DNA of 64,000 nucleotides from an uncultured delta proteobacterium (GTDB lineage: Bacteria; Myxococcota; UBA727; VGSZ01), in NCBI GenBank assembly GCA_963775425.1, contig CAVZJB010000016.1:736001-800000 (forward strand). Reading direction: 5' to 3'. Below are positions 11,099 through 20,033 of the stretch, one piece after another (the stretch's first letter is position 1; each line of letters begins with the position of its first letter). The position numbers and the translations under genes were made by a program. Under the pieces are notes generated by a model. The model did not search any database. It was given only the letters and a program-made list of their open reading frames with translations, and was not told the origin of the DNA.

Positions 11099-12391
11099 AT
11101 GGATCCCCTTCACGAGGCGCCGCTCGACGACGGCCGCCGGCCGCCGCACCCCTTCGTGTACACGCTGCTCATCGTGCCGTTCGGGGCGTCGAGCGGGTTC
11201 GTCACCGTGGCGCTCGCCTTCCTGGCCACCAAGAACGGCCTGACCGTCGAGCAGGGCGCCGGCCTCGTCGCCGCCAGCATCTTCCCCAACGTGTGGAAGT
11301 TCTTCTGGGCACCCATCGCCGACAAGACGCTCACGCGCAAGCGCTGGTACCTCATCGCCAACACCGTGGTCTCGGCGGCCATGTTCGGCATGGCCGTCGT
11401 CCCGCTCAAGGCGGAGACGCTGCCCCTCATCACCGTCATCGTCCTGGTGTCGAGCTTCGCGGCCACGTTCGTCGGCTTCTCGGTGGAGTCGCTCGTCGCG
11501 CACATCACGCCGGAGGCGCAGCGCGGCACCGTGAGCGGCTGGTTTCAGGCCGGCAACCTCGGCGGCGCCGGCATCGGCGGCGGGCTCGGCCTGTGGCTCC
11601 TCGAGGAGATGCCCGCGCCCTGGATCGGCGGCGTCGTCATCGCCGGCTTCTGCCTCGTCTGCTGCGCCGCCCTGCCCTTCGTGCGCGACGTGGGGGCCAC
11701 CCGCAGCGAGGGCAGCGTCCTGGCCTCGGTCAAGCACATCGGCGTCGACCTGTGGCAAGTCGTCAAGTCCCCGAACGGCATCCTCTGCGGCGTCCTGTGC
11801 ATCGTCCCCGTCGGCACCGGCGCGGCGCAGGCGGTGCTCGCGCAGGCGGAGGTCGCCAAGCACTGGGGCGCCGGCGCCCACGAGGTGGAGCTCGTGCAGG
11901 GCTTCCTCACCGGCACCATCTCCATGGTGGGCTGCCTCGCCGGCGGCACCGTGTGCTCCCGGTGGCTCAACGCCCGCGCCGCCTACGCCGTCTTCGGCGG
12001 GCTCATGGCCGCGTCCACGTTGGTGATGGCCTTCCTCCCCGCCACGGTCGGCGTCTACATCGGCTTCAACATCGTCTACGCGTTCATCGTCGGCCTCTGC
12101 TACGCCGCGTTCTCCGCGTTCGTGCTCGACGCCATCGGCGCCGGCCACGCCGCCACCAAGTACAACGGCTTCGCGTCGCTCTCGAACACACCCATCTGGT
12201 ACACCGGGCTCGTGCTCGCGGCGGCGCAGACCCACTTCGGCTCGCGCGGCATGCTCCTCACCGAGAGCGTCATGGGCGCCGCCGGCATCGCGGTCTTCGT
12301 CGTGGCAGCCACGGTGGTCTCGCGCTTCATCGCGGGGCGTCCGCCGGCGGTGACGCCGGACGGGACGCCGCCCATCAGCGCTGCGCCGTGA
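11099..12391 (+). CDS. MFS transporter, AmpG-like
   Basis: About 12 hydrophobic segments, WKFFWAPIADK motif typical of the AmpG family. Confidence 0.85.
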   Translation: MDPLHEAPLDDGRRPPHPFVYTLLIVPFGASSGFVTVALAFLATKNGLTVEQGAGLVAASIFPNVWKFFWAPIADKTLTRKRWYLIANTVVSAAMFGMAVVPLKAETLPLITVIVLVSSFAATFVGFSVESLVAHITPEAQRGTVSGWFQAGNLGGAGIGGGLGLWLLEEMPAPWIGGVVIAGFCLVCCAALPFVRDVGATRSEGSVLASVKHIGVDLWQVVKSPNGILCGVLCIVPVGTGAAQAVLAQAEVAKHWGAGAHEVELVQGFLTGTISMVGCLAGGTVCSRWLNARAAYAVFGGLMAASTLVMAFLPATVGVYIGFNIVYAFIVGLCYAAFSAFVLDAIGAGHAATKYNGFASLSNTPIWYTGLVLAAAQTHFGSRGMLLTESVMGAAGIAVFVVAATVVSRFIAGRPPAVTPDGTPPISAAP

Positions 12392-13259
12392 CGCCGGCGC
12401 CGAACTTCTCGTAGTTCACCAGCCACGCGGCGGCGTTCTTCACGTAGCGCGCGGTCCCCGCGGTCTCCCAGCCGAGGTACAGGCGCGTGAAGCCGCCGTC
12501 GAAGATGGCGCGCTTGCCGTCCTTCTCGTACACGGCGGTGACGAGGTTGCCGGCGCTGCCGTAGATGAGCGGCTTCAGCGACTGGTTCCGGTCGATGGTG
12601 GCGATGGTGACGCCCTCGAAGACGTTCTCGAGCCCCGTCGACAACAGGTGGTTCGCCAGCACGCCGACGTGGCCGCCCTTGTGCTGGACCGCCACGTTTT
12701 GGCCCCCGGGCACGTTGCCGTGCATCTGCACCCCGAGCAGCGCTTTGCCGACGGCGTTGGCGTCGCCGTAGTACGGGTCGTTGTCGCCCCAGATGTACAC
12801 GCCGTGGCCGGCGTCGAAGAACTCCTTGATGACCTTGATGTGCTCGTCGCTCAGGCGCCGATCGGCGTTGGAGATGATCCACAGCTCGCACGCCTTTTGG
12901 AGCTTCTCCTTCAGCTCCGCCGGCGACGGCGGCGTGTCGATCCAGCGGTACGTCGAGAAGCCCTTGTGCGCGAGCGCCGCCCGCGGCAGGTGGAAGTCGA
13001 AGCGCTCGCCCGTGTACAGCTGCAGGACCGCCACCGTCTGGCCGTCGAAGGCGCCGTCCACGGCGAGATCGTACTGGCTTCCCTGGGCGTTGCCGTAGGC
13101 GTCGTTCGCGGGCCGCACCCAGGTGGTGCGGGTCTCGATGGTGCCGTCCTCGAGCACCACCGTCTTGAGCGCGGGCGCCGGCGCCGGCGTGTTGTGGCCG
13201 GCGGTGGCGGTGTAGGGACCGGACGTCGCGAGGACGGCGAGGAGGGCGAGGGCGTGCAT
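12375..13259 (-). CDS. Secreted hypothetical protein, possibly class I glutamine amidotransferase-like fold
   Basis: Signal peptide MHALALLAVLATS; IKEFFDAGHGVYIWGDNDP; RAIFDGGFTRL..YVKNAAAWL. Confidence 0.65.
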   Translation of the reverse strand: MHALALLAVLATSGPYTATAGHNTPAPAPALKTVVLEDGTIETRTTWVRPANDAYGNAQGSQYDLAVDGAFDGQTVAVLQLYTGERFDFHLPRAALAHKGFSTYRWIDTPPSPAELKEKLQKACELWIISNADRRLSDEHIKVIKEFFDAGHGVYIWGDNDPYYGDANAVGKALLGVQMHGNVPGGQNVAVQHKGGHVGVLANHLLSTGLENVFEGVTIATIDRNQSLKPLIYGSAGNLVTAVYEKDGKRAIFDGGFTRLYLGWETAGTARYVKNAAAWLVNYEKFGAGVTAQR

Positions 13260-13312
13260 GGCCTCACGAAACGTCCCGCCCGGCGAGACGATCTGCGCGC
13301 GCGCATGCGGGA

Positions 13313-14410
13313 TCAGGCGACCGGAGGGGCGGCGGCGCTCAATTCGGCGCCGTCGGCGTACTTGTGCCGGTTGAGCGCGCCCCACAAGGCGCCCGCCGCG
13401 AAGCCGCCGACGTGGGCCCACCAGGCGACGCCGCCGGTCTGGTGGACCTGGAGCTCGTGGAAGCCCCACCAGGCCTGCAGGCCGAGCCACGCGAGCAGGT
13501 AGAACCAGACGGGCACCTTGAAGCGGATGAAGAAGAGCACCTGATACACGCGCGCGCGCGGGAACAGCACGAGATACGCGCCCATGACGCCGGCGATGGC
13601 GCCGGACGCACCGAGGAGCGGCAGGTCACTGTCGAGCGAGAAGATCAGCTGCGACGTCATCGCGCACAGGCCGAACACGAGGTAGAGCACGAGGAACCGG
13701 AGGCGGCCCACGCGGTCCTCGACGTTGTCGCCGAAGGTGTAGAGGAAATACATGTTGAACGCGAGGTGCGCGACGCCGCCGTGCAGGAACATGTGCGTCA
13801 CCACGGACCACCGGTGGCGCCCGGCGAGCAGATCGCTCGGCACCACGCCGTACAAGCGCGTGAACGCCTCGGGGCTCCTCGACGCGAGCTCGAGGACGAA
13901 CACCACCGTGCACGCCGCGATGAGCGCGTAGCAGACCAGCGGGCGGCGGCGCACGGGCTGGTACTCCTCGACGGGCAACGACGTCAGCAACTGGAACGCG
14001 TACCAGCCGGCGCCCGTGCGCTTGTCGCCCGCGGGCACGGCGCCCGAGCGCGCGAGATCCCGCGTGGCCTGCGCCAGCCGCGCCCCCTCCCACGCGTCGA
14101 GCCACATGCCGAGGCAGACCGGACAGACGTCGACCTCGACCTCGGTGCCCGTCTCCGGCGGCGCCTTCAGCGCGTACGCGGTGAGGCGCCCGTGGCCCGC
14201 GGGACAGAGCAGCCGGCGCCGGCCCACGAAGCGCGCCGCGCTCGTGCGCTCCCACGTCGACGGCTCGGCGTTTTCGCCGAGCAGCGCGCGCGCCTCGCCG
14301 GCGTCGAAGAACGCACCCTGGCAGCGGGGGCAGACGTCGACGGTGACGTCGTTTCTCTGCTGTGGCACCAGCGTGAAGGTGCAGCGGGGACAGCGACGCC
14401 CCGCGCTCAC
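13313..14410 (-). CDS. Rhomboid intramembrane serine protease with two N-terminal TFIIB-like zinc ribbons
   Basis: CPRC..DVCPRCQGAFFD and CPAGH..DVCPVCLGMWLD; HMFLHGGVAHLAFNM, GASG, AHVGG. Confidence 0.9.
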   Translation of the reverse strand: MSAGRRCPRCTFTLVPQQRNDVTVDVCPRCQGAFFDAGEARALLGENAEPSTWERTSAARFVGRRRLLCPAGHGRLTAYALKAPPETGTEVEVDVCPVCLGMWLDAWEGARLAQATRDLARSGAVPAGDKRTGAGWYAFQLLTSLPVEEYQPVRRRPLVCYALIAACTVVFVLELASRSPEAFTRLYGVVPSDLLAGRHRWSVVTHMFLHGGVAHLAFNMYFLYTFGDNVEDRVGRLRFLVLYLVFGLCAMTSQLIFSLDSDLPLLGASGAIAGVMGAYLVLFPRARVYQVLFFIRFKVPVWFYLLAWLGLQAWWGFHELQVHQTGGVAWWAHVGGFAAGALWGALNRHKYADGAELSAAAPPVA

Positions 14411-15747
14411 GCGCGCCTCGAGCCGCCCGCGCGCTCGAGCACGTCATCGACGGCGCGCTCGGCGGCGGCGAGCACGTCCTCGATCTCCCAGCGCGCGAGC
14501 GCGTGATCGCGCACGAGCCACTCCCCGTCGACGAACACGTGGCGGACGTCGCCGGCTTCGGCGCCGTATACGAGCGTGGTGAACGGGTCGGTGCGCGGGC
14601 GCATGTGCGGCGCGCTGGTGTCGACGACCGTGACGTCGGCGCGCTTGCCGGGCTCCAGGCTGCCGACCTCGGCGTCGATGCCGAGCACGCGCGCGCCCCC
14701 GAGCGTGGCGAGCTTGACGACGTCGCGCGCAGGCATCGACGCCGCCCCGAGCCGCGGCTTCTGCAAGAGCGCGCACAAGCGCATCTCGGTGAACGCGCTC
14801 ATGCGGTTGTTGCACGGCGCGCCGTCGGCGCCGATGCCGAGGGTGACGCCCTGCTCGAGGAGCTCCGGCACCTTGGCGACGCCGGAGGCGAGCTTGAGGT
14901 TGGCGGACGGACAGTGCGCCACCTTGGTGCCGGCCTCGCGCAGGATGCGCTGCTCCTCGGACGTGAGCCATACGCAGTGGGCGAGGACGACGTCCTTGCC
15001 GCTGACGCCGAGATCGGCCAGCGCGACGACGTTGTCCTTGCCGGTGGCCGCGCGCACGGCGTCGAGCTCGCCGGGGTTCTCGCTCGAGTGCGTGTGCACG
15101 AGGCAGCCGCGCTTGCGCGCGAGCGACGCCGCCTGGCGCAGCGCCGTGTCCGTGCACGACAGGATGAAGCGCGGCGAAAAAGCATAGCGCAGCCGGCCGT
15201 TCCCCTTGCCGTGCCACCGCGCCGCGACGTCGTCGCTGTGCTTGAGGCTGTCGTCGGTGGACTCCTTCAAGCCGCCGGGCCGGCTGTGACCCTTGTCCAT
15301 CATGGCCTTGCCCGACGTGAGCCGGATGCCGCTCTCCTCGGCCACCTGGAAGATGACGTCGGTGTGGCGGACGCTCCCCATGTCGAGCGCGGCCGTGGTG
15401 CCGCCGAGGAGCAGCTCGGAGATGCCGAGCCGCGCCGAGGCCGCCATGCTCTCGGGCGTGTGCGCGCCCTCGTAGGGCCAGATGTGCTGCGTGAGCCAGT
15501 CCAGGAGCGGCAGGTCCTCGGCGAAGCCGCGAAAGAGCGCCTGGCACAGGTGAAGGTGGGCCTGCACGAAGCCGGGCATCACGATGCAGCCGCGCACGTC
15601 CACCGTGCGCGCGCCGGGCGCCGCCTGGATGGCGCCGACGCCGACGATGCGGCCGTCGCGGATGTGGACGTCGCCCTCGACGACGCGGTCGTCGCCGTCG
15701 CAGGTGACGACGGTGCCGCCCTGGAGGACCAGGTCGAGCGCGCTCAC
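14407..15747 (-). CDS. Amidohydrolase, 5'-deoxyadenosine/MTA-SAH deaminase family
   Basis: PGFVQAHLH, HTHSSE, LAHCVW, HCPSANLKLASG, GADGAPCNN. Confidence 0.88.
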   Translation of the reverse strand: MSALDLVLQGGTVVTCDGDDRVVEGDVHIRDGRIVGVGAIQAAPGARTVDVRGCIVMPGFVQAHLHLCQALFRGFAEDLPLLDWLTQHIWPYEGAHTPESMAASARLGISELLLGGTTAALDMGSVRHTDVIFQVAEESGIRLTSGKAMMDKGHSRPGGLKESTDDSLKHSDDVAARWHGKGNGRLRYAFSPRFILSCTDTALRQAASLARKRGCLVHTHSSENPGELDAVRAATGKDNVVALADLGVSGKDVVLAHCVWLTSEEQRILREAGTKVAHCPSANLKLASGVAKVPELLEQGVTLGIGADGAPCNNRMSAFTEMRLCALLQKPRLGAASMPARDVVKLATLGGARVLGIDAEVGSLEPGKRADVTVVDTSAPHMRPRTDPFTTLVYGAEAGDVRHVFVDGEWLVRDHALARWEIEDVLAAAERAVDDVLERAGGSRRA

Positions 15748-16184
15748 GCCGGCCCCGGACGCCGCCGGCGGCCGCTGTCGAGGAGCGCCGGCGTGAAGCT
15801 TCCCGGGAACAGCTTCTTGAGCGTGGTTCGGACGCGGGCGCCGGCGGGGTTGACGAGGACGATCTCGAGGCCCGGAGCGAACTCGGCGAGCACCTGGCGG
15901 CACATCCCGCAGGGCGGCGACGGCGGGGTGCTGGCGGTGGCGATGGCGATGGCGCGAAACGCGCGCCGGCCCGAGGTCACGGCGGTGGAGACCGCCGAGC
16001 GCTCGGCGCAGACGCACAAGCCGTAGCTCGCGTTTTCGACGTTGCAGCCCGGGATCACGGTGCCGTCCTCGCACAACAGCCCTGCGCCCACGCGAAAGCG
16101 CGAGTAGGGCGCGTACGCTTTGTCTCGCGCGCGGAGGGCTTCCTCGACGAGCGCGTCCTCGATCTGCCGCCCGAGCTTCACCAC
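15744..16184 (-). CDS. cdd: Cytidine deaminase
   Basis: AYAPYSRFRVGA, GCNVENASYGLCVCAERSA, PCGMCRQ. Confidence 0.95.
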   Translation of the reverse strand: MVKLGRQIEDALVEEALRARDKAYAPYSRFRVGAGLLCEDGTVIPGCNVENASYGLCVCAERSAVSTAVTSGRRAFRAIAIATASTPPSPPCGMCRQVLAEFAPGLEIVLVNPAGARVRTTLKKLFPGSFTPALLDSGRRRRPGPA

Positions 16185-16428
16185 GGGGCATCCTAGGTGC
16201 GATTCCGACGCCGGCGCCACAAATCGCCCACGCCGGCGCCCGCGCCCGCGTCCGCGCGCTGCAGGGGCGCCCCACGAGGAAGGGCCATGACGACAGGAGC
16301 GGCCGGCGGCGCGACGGGCGGCGAGTCGCTAGCGTCCGCGAGTCACCACGAGCGATGCGCCCCCGTCGGCTGCGTGCACGCAGTCAGCAATTGCCGCTTC
16401 GCGTCGAATGTGCTTTGGGAGACGGACT

Positions 16429-19392
16429 GTGAAGTATGCGCCACTGCCTTGGGTCCACCTCGCCGACGCACTCCGGCCCTCCGTCCGCAAGCTCCGCATC
16501 GTCCTCGAAGAGCCCGCGTTTGGCGGGGAGCGCTGCTTCGTCCGCCTCCACGACGGGCCACGCTCGGAGTCCATCGTCGACACCCGCGCCCTCCTCACCG
16601 GGCAGACGCCGCTGTCGGCGCGCGAGCGCGCCGCCGTGGAGATCCTCCACGAGGCGGGCCCGAGCCACGCCAAGAAGGGCCGCTTCTCGCTCACCAAGGC
16701 GCAGGTGGGGCGGCTGCTCGCGTTCGCCCAGGACGTCCCGCTCGAGGTCGAAGGCAAGGGCGGGATCGCCGTCATGTCGAGGCCCGCGCGCATCACGGGC
16801 CGGGTGAGAGACCTCGAGGGCGGCACCGCCCTCGTGTTCGAGGCCGTCGACGCCGACGGCGGCACCGTCGAGAAGCCGCAGATCCTCGGTGAGCGGGAGG
16901 CCTTCCTCCTCGACGAGCAGCTCAAGCTCTTCCGCGTGGCGCCGCCGCTGCTCCCGGGCGAGGCGGGCGCGCTGCTCGGCTGCGAGCCCTTGATGCTCCA
17001 GGGGCTCACCACCGACGAGGGCAAGGGCGGGTTCGAGGCGGTGGTCGGCCTCGGCGCCGACCTCGCCGATCTCGTCGAGGTCGCGCGCCAGTCCGATCCC
17101 GCCCCGCACATCGTGCTGCGCGCCATGCTCACGCGCGCCGACGACGGGCCCGGCTTCGCCCTGCGCGTCCACCTCGTCACCGAGCTTCATTGCGCGGGCC
17201 TCGACGACGAGGTCGAGGTCAGCTCGCGCGGCGCCCTGCCGCCGGTCCACGCCATCGAGGTCCCGGCCCAGAAGCCCAACGGCCGCGCCAGGACCAAGGC
17301 CAAGGCGGCGGCCGAGGAGGAGGAGGGCTCGGCGATCCTGGTCGCACGCCCGTCCACCGACGAGGAGATCGCCCGGCGCGCCCTGTTCGACATCGGCCTG
17401 CACGCCGCGGCGTCGCACCGCGGCTTCACGGCCGTGGGCGAGCCCTCGCTCGACATGCTCGTGAAGATCGCGGGCCGCGAGGGCCTCCCCGACTTCGTCC
17501 ACGTCGACGCCGACGCCCTGCCCCGCATCGTGCGCCTGCCCTCGGTGCCCATGCTCAACGTGCGCCGCATCCCCGGCGACAAGCGCGGCCTGTTGTCGGT
17601 GCGGCTCGACCTCGGCGAAGAGGCGCGCAAGCTCGCGCTTCAGTTCGACGACATCGTGCGCGCCGTCGTCGCCGGCCGCCGCTCGCTGCTCCTCGACGAG
17701 GACACCGTGCTCGGCTTCACGCCCGAGGCCGGCACCTCGCTCGAGCTCATCGCGGACACCCTCGAGCTCAAGGACGCGTCGTCGGCCCGCGAGCTCGGGC
17801 CGGCGGAGCTCGCCATGCTCGTCGCCGGCCTCGAGGGCCGCGTCCACATCGACGCCGACGACCCGTCCATCCAAAAGCGCGTCGAGGAGTTCCTCAAGGC
17901 GCCCGACGAGGCCGACCGCGCCTTGCCGAAGACCCTGAACGCCAGGCTGCGGCCCTACCAGGAGGAGGGCGTCGCCTGGCTGTCCCAACTGCACCGCCTC
18001 GGCGTCGGCCGCATCCTCGCCGACGACATGGGCCTCGGAAAGACGCTGATGGCGCTCACCCTCGTGGCCAAGGCCAAGGAGGGAGAGGGCAAGAAGCCGT
18101 CGCTGGTGGTCGCGCCCACCAGCGTGCTCGACGTCTGGGTGGACGAGGCCCGCCGCCACGTGCCCGATCTCGACGTCCTGAAGTGGCACGGCCGCGATCG
18201 CCGCGGCCTCGATCAAAAGGCGCTCGACGCCGACGTGGTGGTCACGTCGTACGCGCTCCTGCGGCGCGACGTCGAGGGCGCCCTCGGCGCCGTCGACTTC
18301 CGCTATATGATGCTCGACGAAGCGCAGAACGTGAAGAACAGCTCCACCGAGGCGTGGAAGGCCGCGCGACAGGTGAAGAGCGACCAGCGCATGGCGCTCA
18401 CCGGTACGCCCATCGAGAACCGCGTCGAGGAGCTGTGGTCCATCCTCGACCTCGTCGCGCCCGGCCTCCTCGGCAGCGAGCGCAGCTTCGAGCGCCGCTA
18501 CGGCCGCCCCATCGCCAAGGGCGACGTCGTCCGCCTCGACGAGCTGCGCCGCCGCACGCGGCCTGTGATCCTGCGGCGCAAGAAGGAGGACGTGGCCAAG
18601 GACCTCCCGCCCAAGATCGAGACCATCCTGCGCTGCGAGATGGATCCCGAACAGCGCTCGCTCTATCTGCGCGTGCTCGCCGAGGTGCGCGCCGACGTGC
18701 AGAAGGCGCTGCAGGTGCACACGAGGGCCCGCGCCCGCGCCCCCATCCTCGCGGCGCTCATGCGCCTGCGCCAGGTGTGCTGCGACCCGCGCCTCGTGCT
18801 CGCCAACGCCGACGAGGAGGCCAAGGCCGCCGACCGCCTCAACGCCGCCGGCGTCCCCTCCGCCAAGCTCGACCTCTTCGAAGAGGTGATGACGGAGGCG
18901 CTGGCGGAGCCGGAGCGCAAGGTCATCGTGTTTTCGCAGTTCGTGGAGATGCAGAAGCTCATCCACGAGGTGCTGAGGACCGTCGGCGCCGACAACGCCC
19001 TGTGGCTCCACGGCGGCACCAAGAACCGCGGCGACGTCGTGGCGCAGTTCCAGGACAAAAACGGCCCGCGCGTCATCGTGGTCTCGCTGAAGGCCGGCGG
19101 CACCGGCGTCACCCTCACCGCCGCCGACACCGTCGTCCACTACGACCCATGGTGGAACCCAGCCGTCGAGGACCAGGCCACCGACCGCGCCCACCGCATC
19201 GGCCAGGAGAAGACGGTCCACGTCATCAAGCTCGCCTGCGAGGACACCATCGAGGAGCGCATGCTGCTGCTCGGCGAGGACAAGCGCGCCGCGGCCGAGA
19301 GCGTGCTCGGCAAGGACGGCCCCGGACCCAAGGCGCTCTCGCTCGAGGAGATCGAGGGCATGCTCGAGGCCGAAGCCACCCGCGGCTATTGA
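16429..19392 (+). CDS. SNF2-family (DEAD/DEAH-like) helicase/ATPase
   Basis: LRPYQ, LADDMGLGKT, LDEAQ, LTGTPIEN, SLKAGGTG, DPWWNPAVEDQATDRAHRIGQ; GTG start after GGGAGA (ORF also open from 16408). Confidence 0.93.
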   Translation: MKYAPLPWVHLADALRPSVRKLRIVLEEPAFGGERCFVRLHDGPRSESIVDTRALLTGQTPLSARERAAVEILHEAGPSHAKKGRFSLTKAQVGRLLAFAQDVPLEVEGKGGIAVMSRPARITGRVRDLEGGTALVFEAVDADGGTVEKPQILGEREAFLLDEQLKLFRVAPPLLPGEAGALLGCEPLMLQGLTTDEGKGGFEAVVGLGADLADLVEVARQSDPAPHIVLRAMLTRADDGPGFALRVHLVTELHCAGLDDEVEVSSRGALPPVHAIEVPAQKPNGRARTKAKAAAEEEEGSAILVARPSTDEEIARRALFDIGLHAAASHRGFTAVGEPSLDMLVKIAGREGLPDFVHVDADALPRIVRLPSVPMLNVRRIPGDKRGLLSVRLDLGEEARKLALQFDDIVRAVVAGRRSLLLDEDTVLGFTPEAGTSLELIADTLELKDASSARELGPAELAMLVAGLEGRVHIDADDPSIQKRVEEFLKAPDEADRALPKTLNARLRPYQEEGVAWLSQLHRLGVGRILADDMGLGKTLMALTLVAKAKEGEGKKPSLVVAPTSVLDVWVDEARRHVPDLDVLKWHGRDRRGLDQKALDADVVVTSYALLRRDVEGALGAVDFRYMMLDEAQNVKNSSTEAWKAARQVKSDQRMALTGTPIENRVEELWSILDLVAPGLLGSERSFERRYGRPIAKGDVVRLDELRRRTRPVILRRKKEDVAKDLPPKIETILRCEMDPEQRSLYLRVLAEVRADVQKALQVHTRARARAPILAALMRLRQVCCDPRLVLANADEEAKAADRLNAAGVPSAKLDLFEEVMTEALAEPERKVIVFSQFVEMQKLIHEVLRTVGADNALWLHGGTKNRGDVVAQFQDKNGPRVIVVSLKAGGTGVTLTAADTVVHYDPWWNPAVEDQATDRAHRIGQEKTVHVIKLACEDTIEERMLLLGEDKRAAAESVLGKDGPGPKALSLEEIEGMLEAEATRGY

Positions 19393-19463
19393 TCGGGGGG
19401 CGTCCTGTCTCGCCCGCATCAATCGCGTTGGCACCGACCGCCGTTGCCGCTACCTTCGGCGGC

Positions 19464-20033
19464 ATGACTCGTCTCTTCGTCGTCGCCACCCTCAGCGCGT
19501 CCGCCCTCCTCCTCACCGCCTGCCCGCCGAAGGCCAAGCCCGAGCAGCTCCCGCCCGCCGGCCTCGCCGGCGCGCCCGCCACGGGTCAGCCGCTCACGCT
19601 GCCGGGCGCGGGCGTCCCCGTCGCCACGCCGTCCGGAGGCACGCCGTCGACGCAGCTCCCGCCCGGGCACCCGCCCATCCCCGGCGCCAACAGCGGCGGC
19701 GACGCGGACAGCGGCGCCATGCCTGCGGGCCACCCGGCGATGCCGGGCGCCATGGGCGCCATGCCCGGCGCCGGCGACCCCAGCGGCGGCGCCAACGTCG
19801 TGCTCAGCGGCCCGGTCCTCGAGACCATGGACGTCACCGAGTACACGTACATGCGCGTGAAGACCGGCGACGGCGACACCTGGGTCGCCGTCACCAAGAC
19901 GCCCGTGGCCGTCGGCGACGTCGTCACCGTGAACCAGTCGCTGGTGATGACGGACTTCCACTCGAAGAGCCTCAACCGCACGTTCCCCAAGCTCGTGATG
20001 GGGATGATGGTCGGCGCGCCGAAGAAGCCCTGA
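19464..20033 (+). CDS. Lipoprotein with Pro/Met/His-rich linker and C-terminal OB-fold-like (NrfJ-like) domain
   Basis: Lipobox LLLTAC; LPPGHPPI and MPAGHPAM; GPVLETMDVTEYTYMRV..WVAV..MTDFHSKSLNRTF. Confidence 0.7.
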   Translation: MTRLFVVATLSASALLLTACPPKAKPEQLPPAGLAGAPATGQPLTLPGAGVPVATPSGGTPSTQLPPGHPPIPGANSGGDADSGAMPAGHPAMPGAMGAMPGAGDPSGGANVVLSGPVLETMDVTEYTYMRVKTGDGDTWVAVTKTPVAVGDVVTVNQSLVMTDFHSKSLNRTFPKLVMGMMVGAPKKP

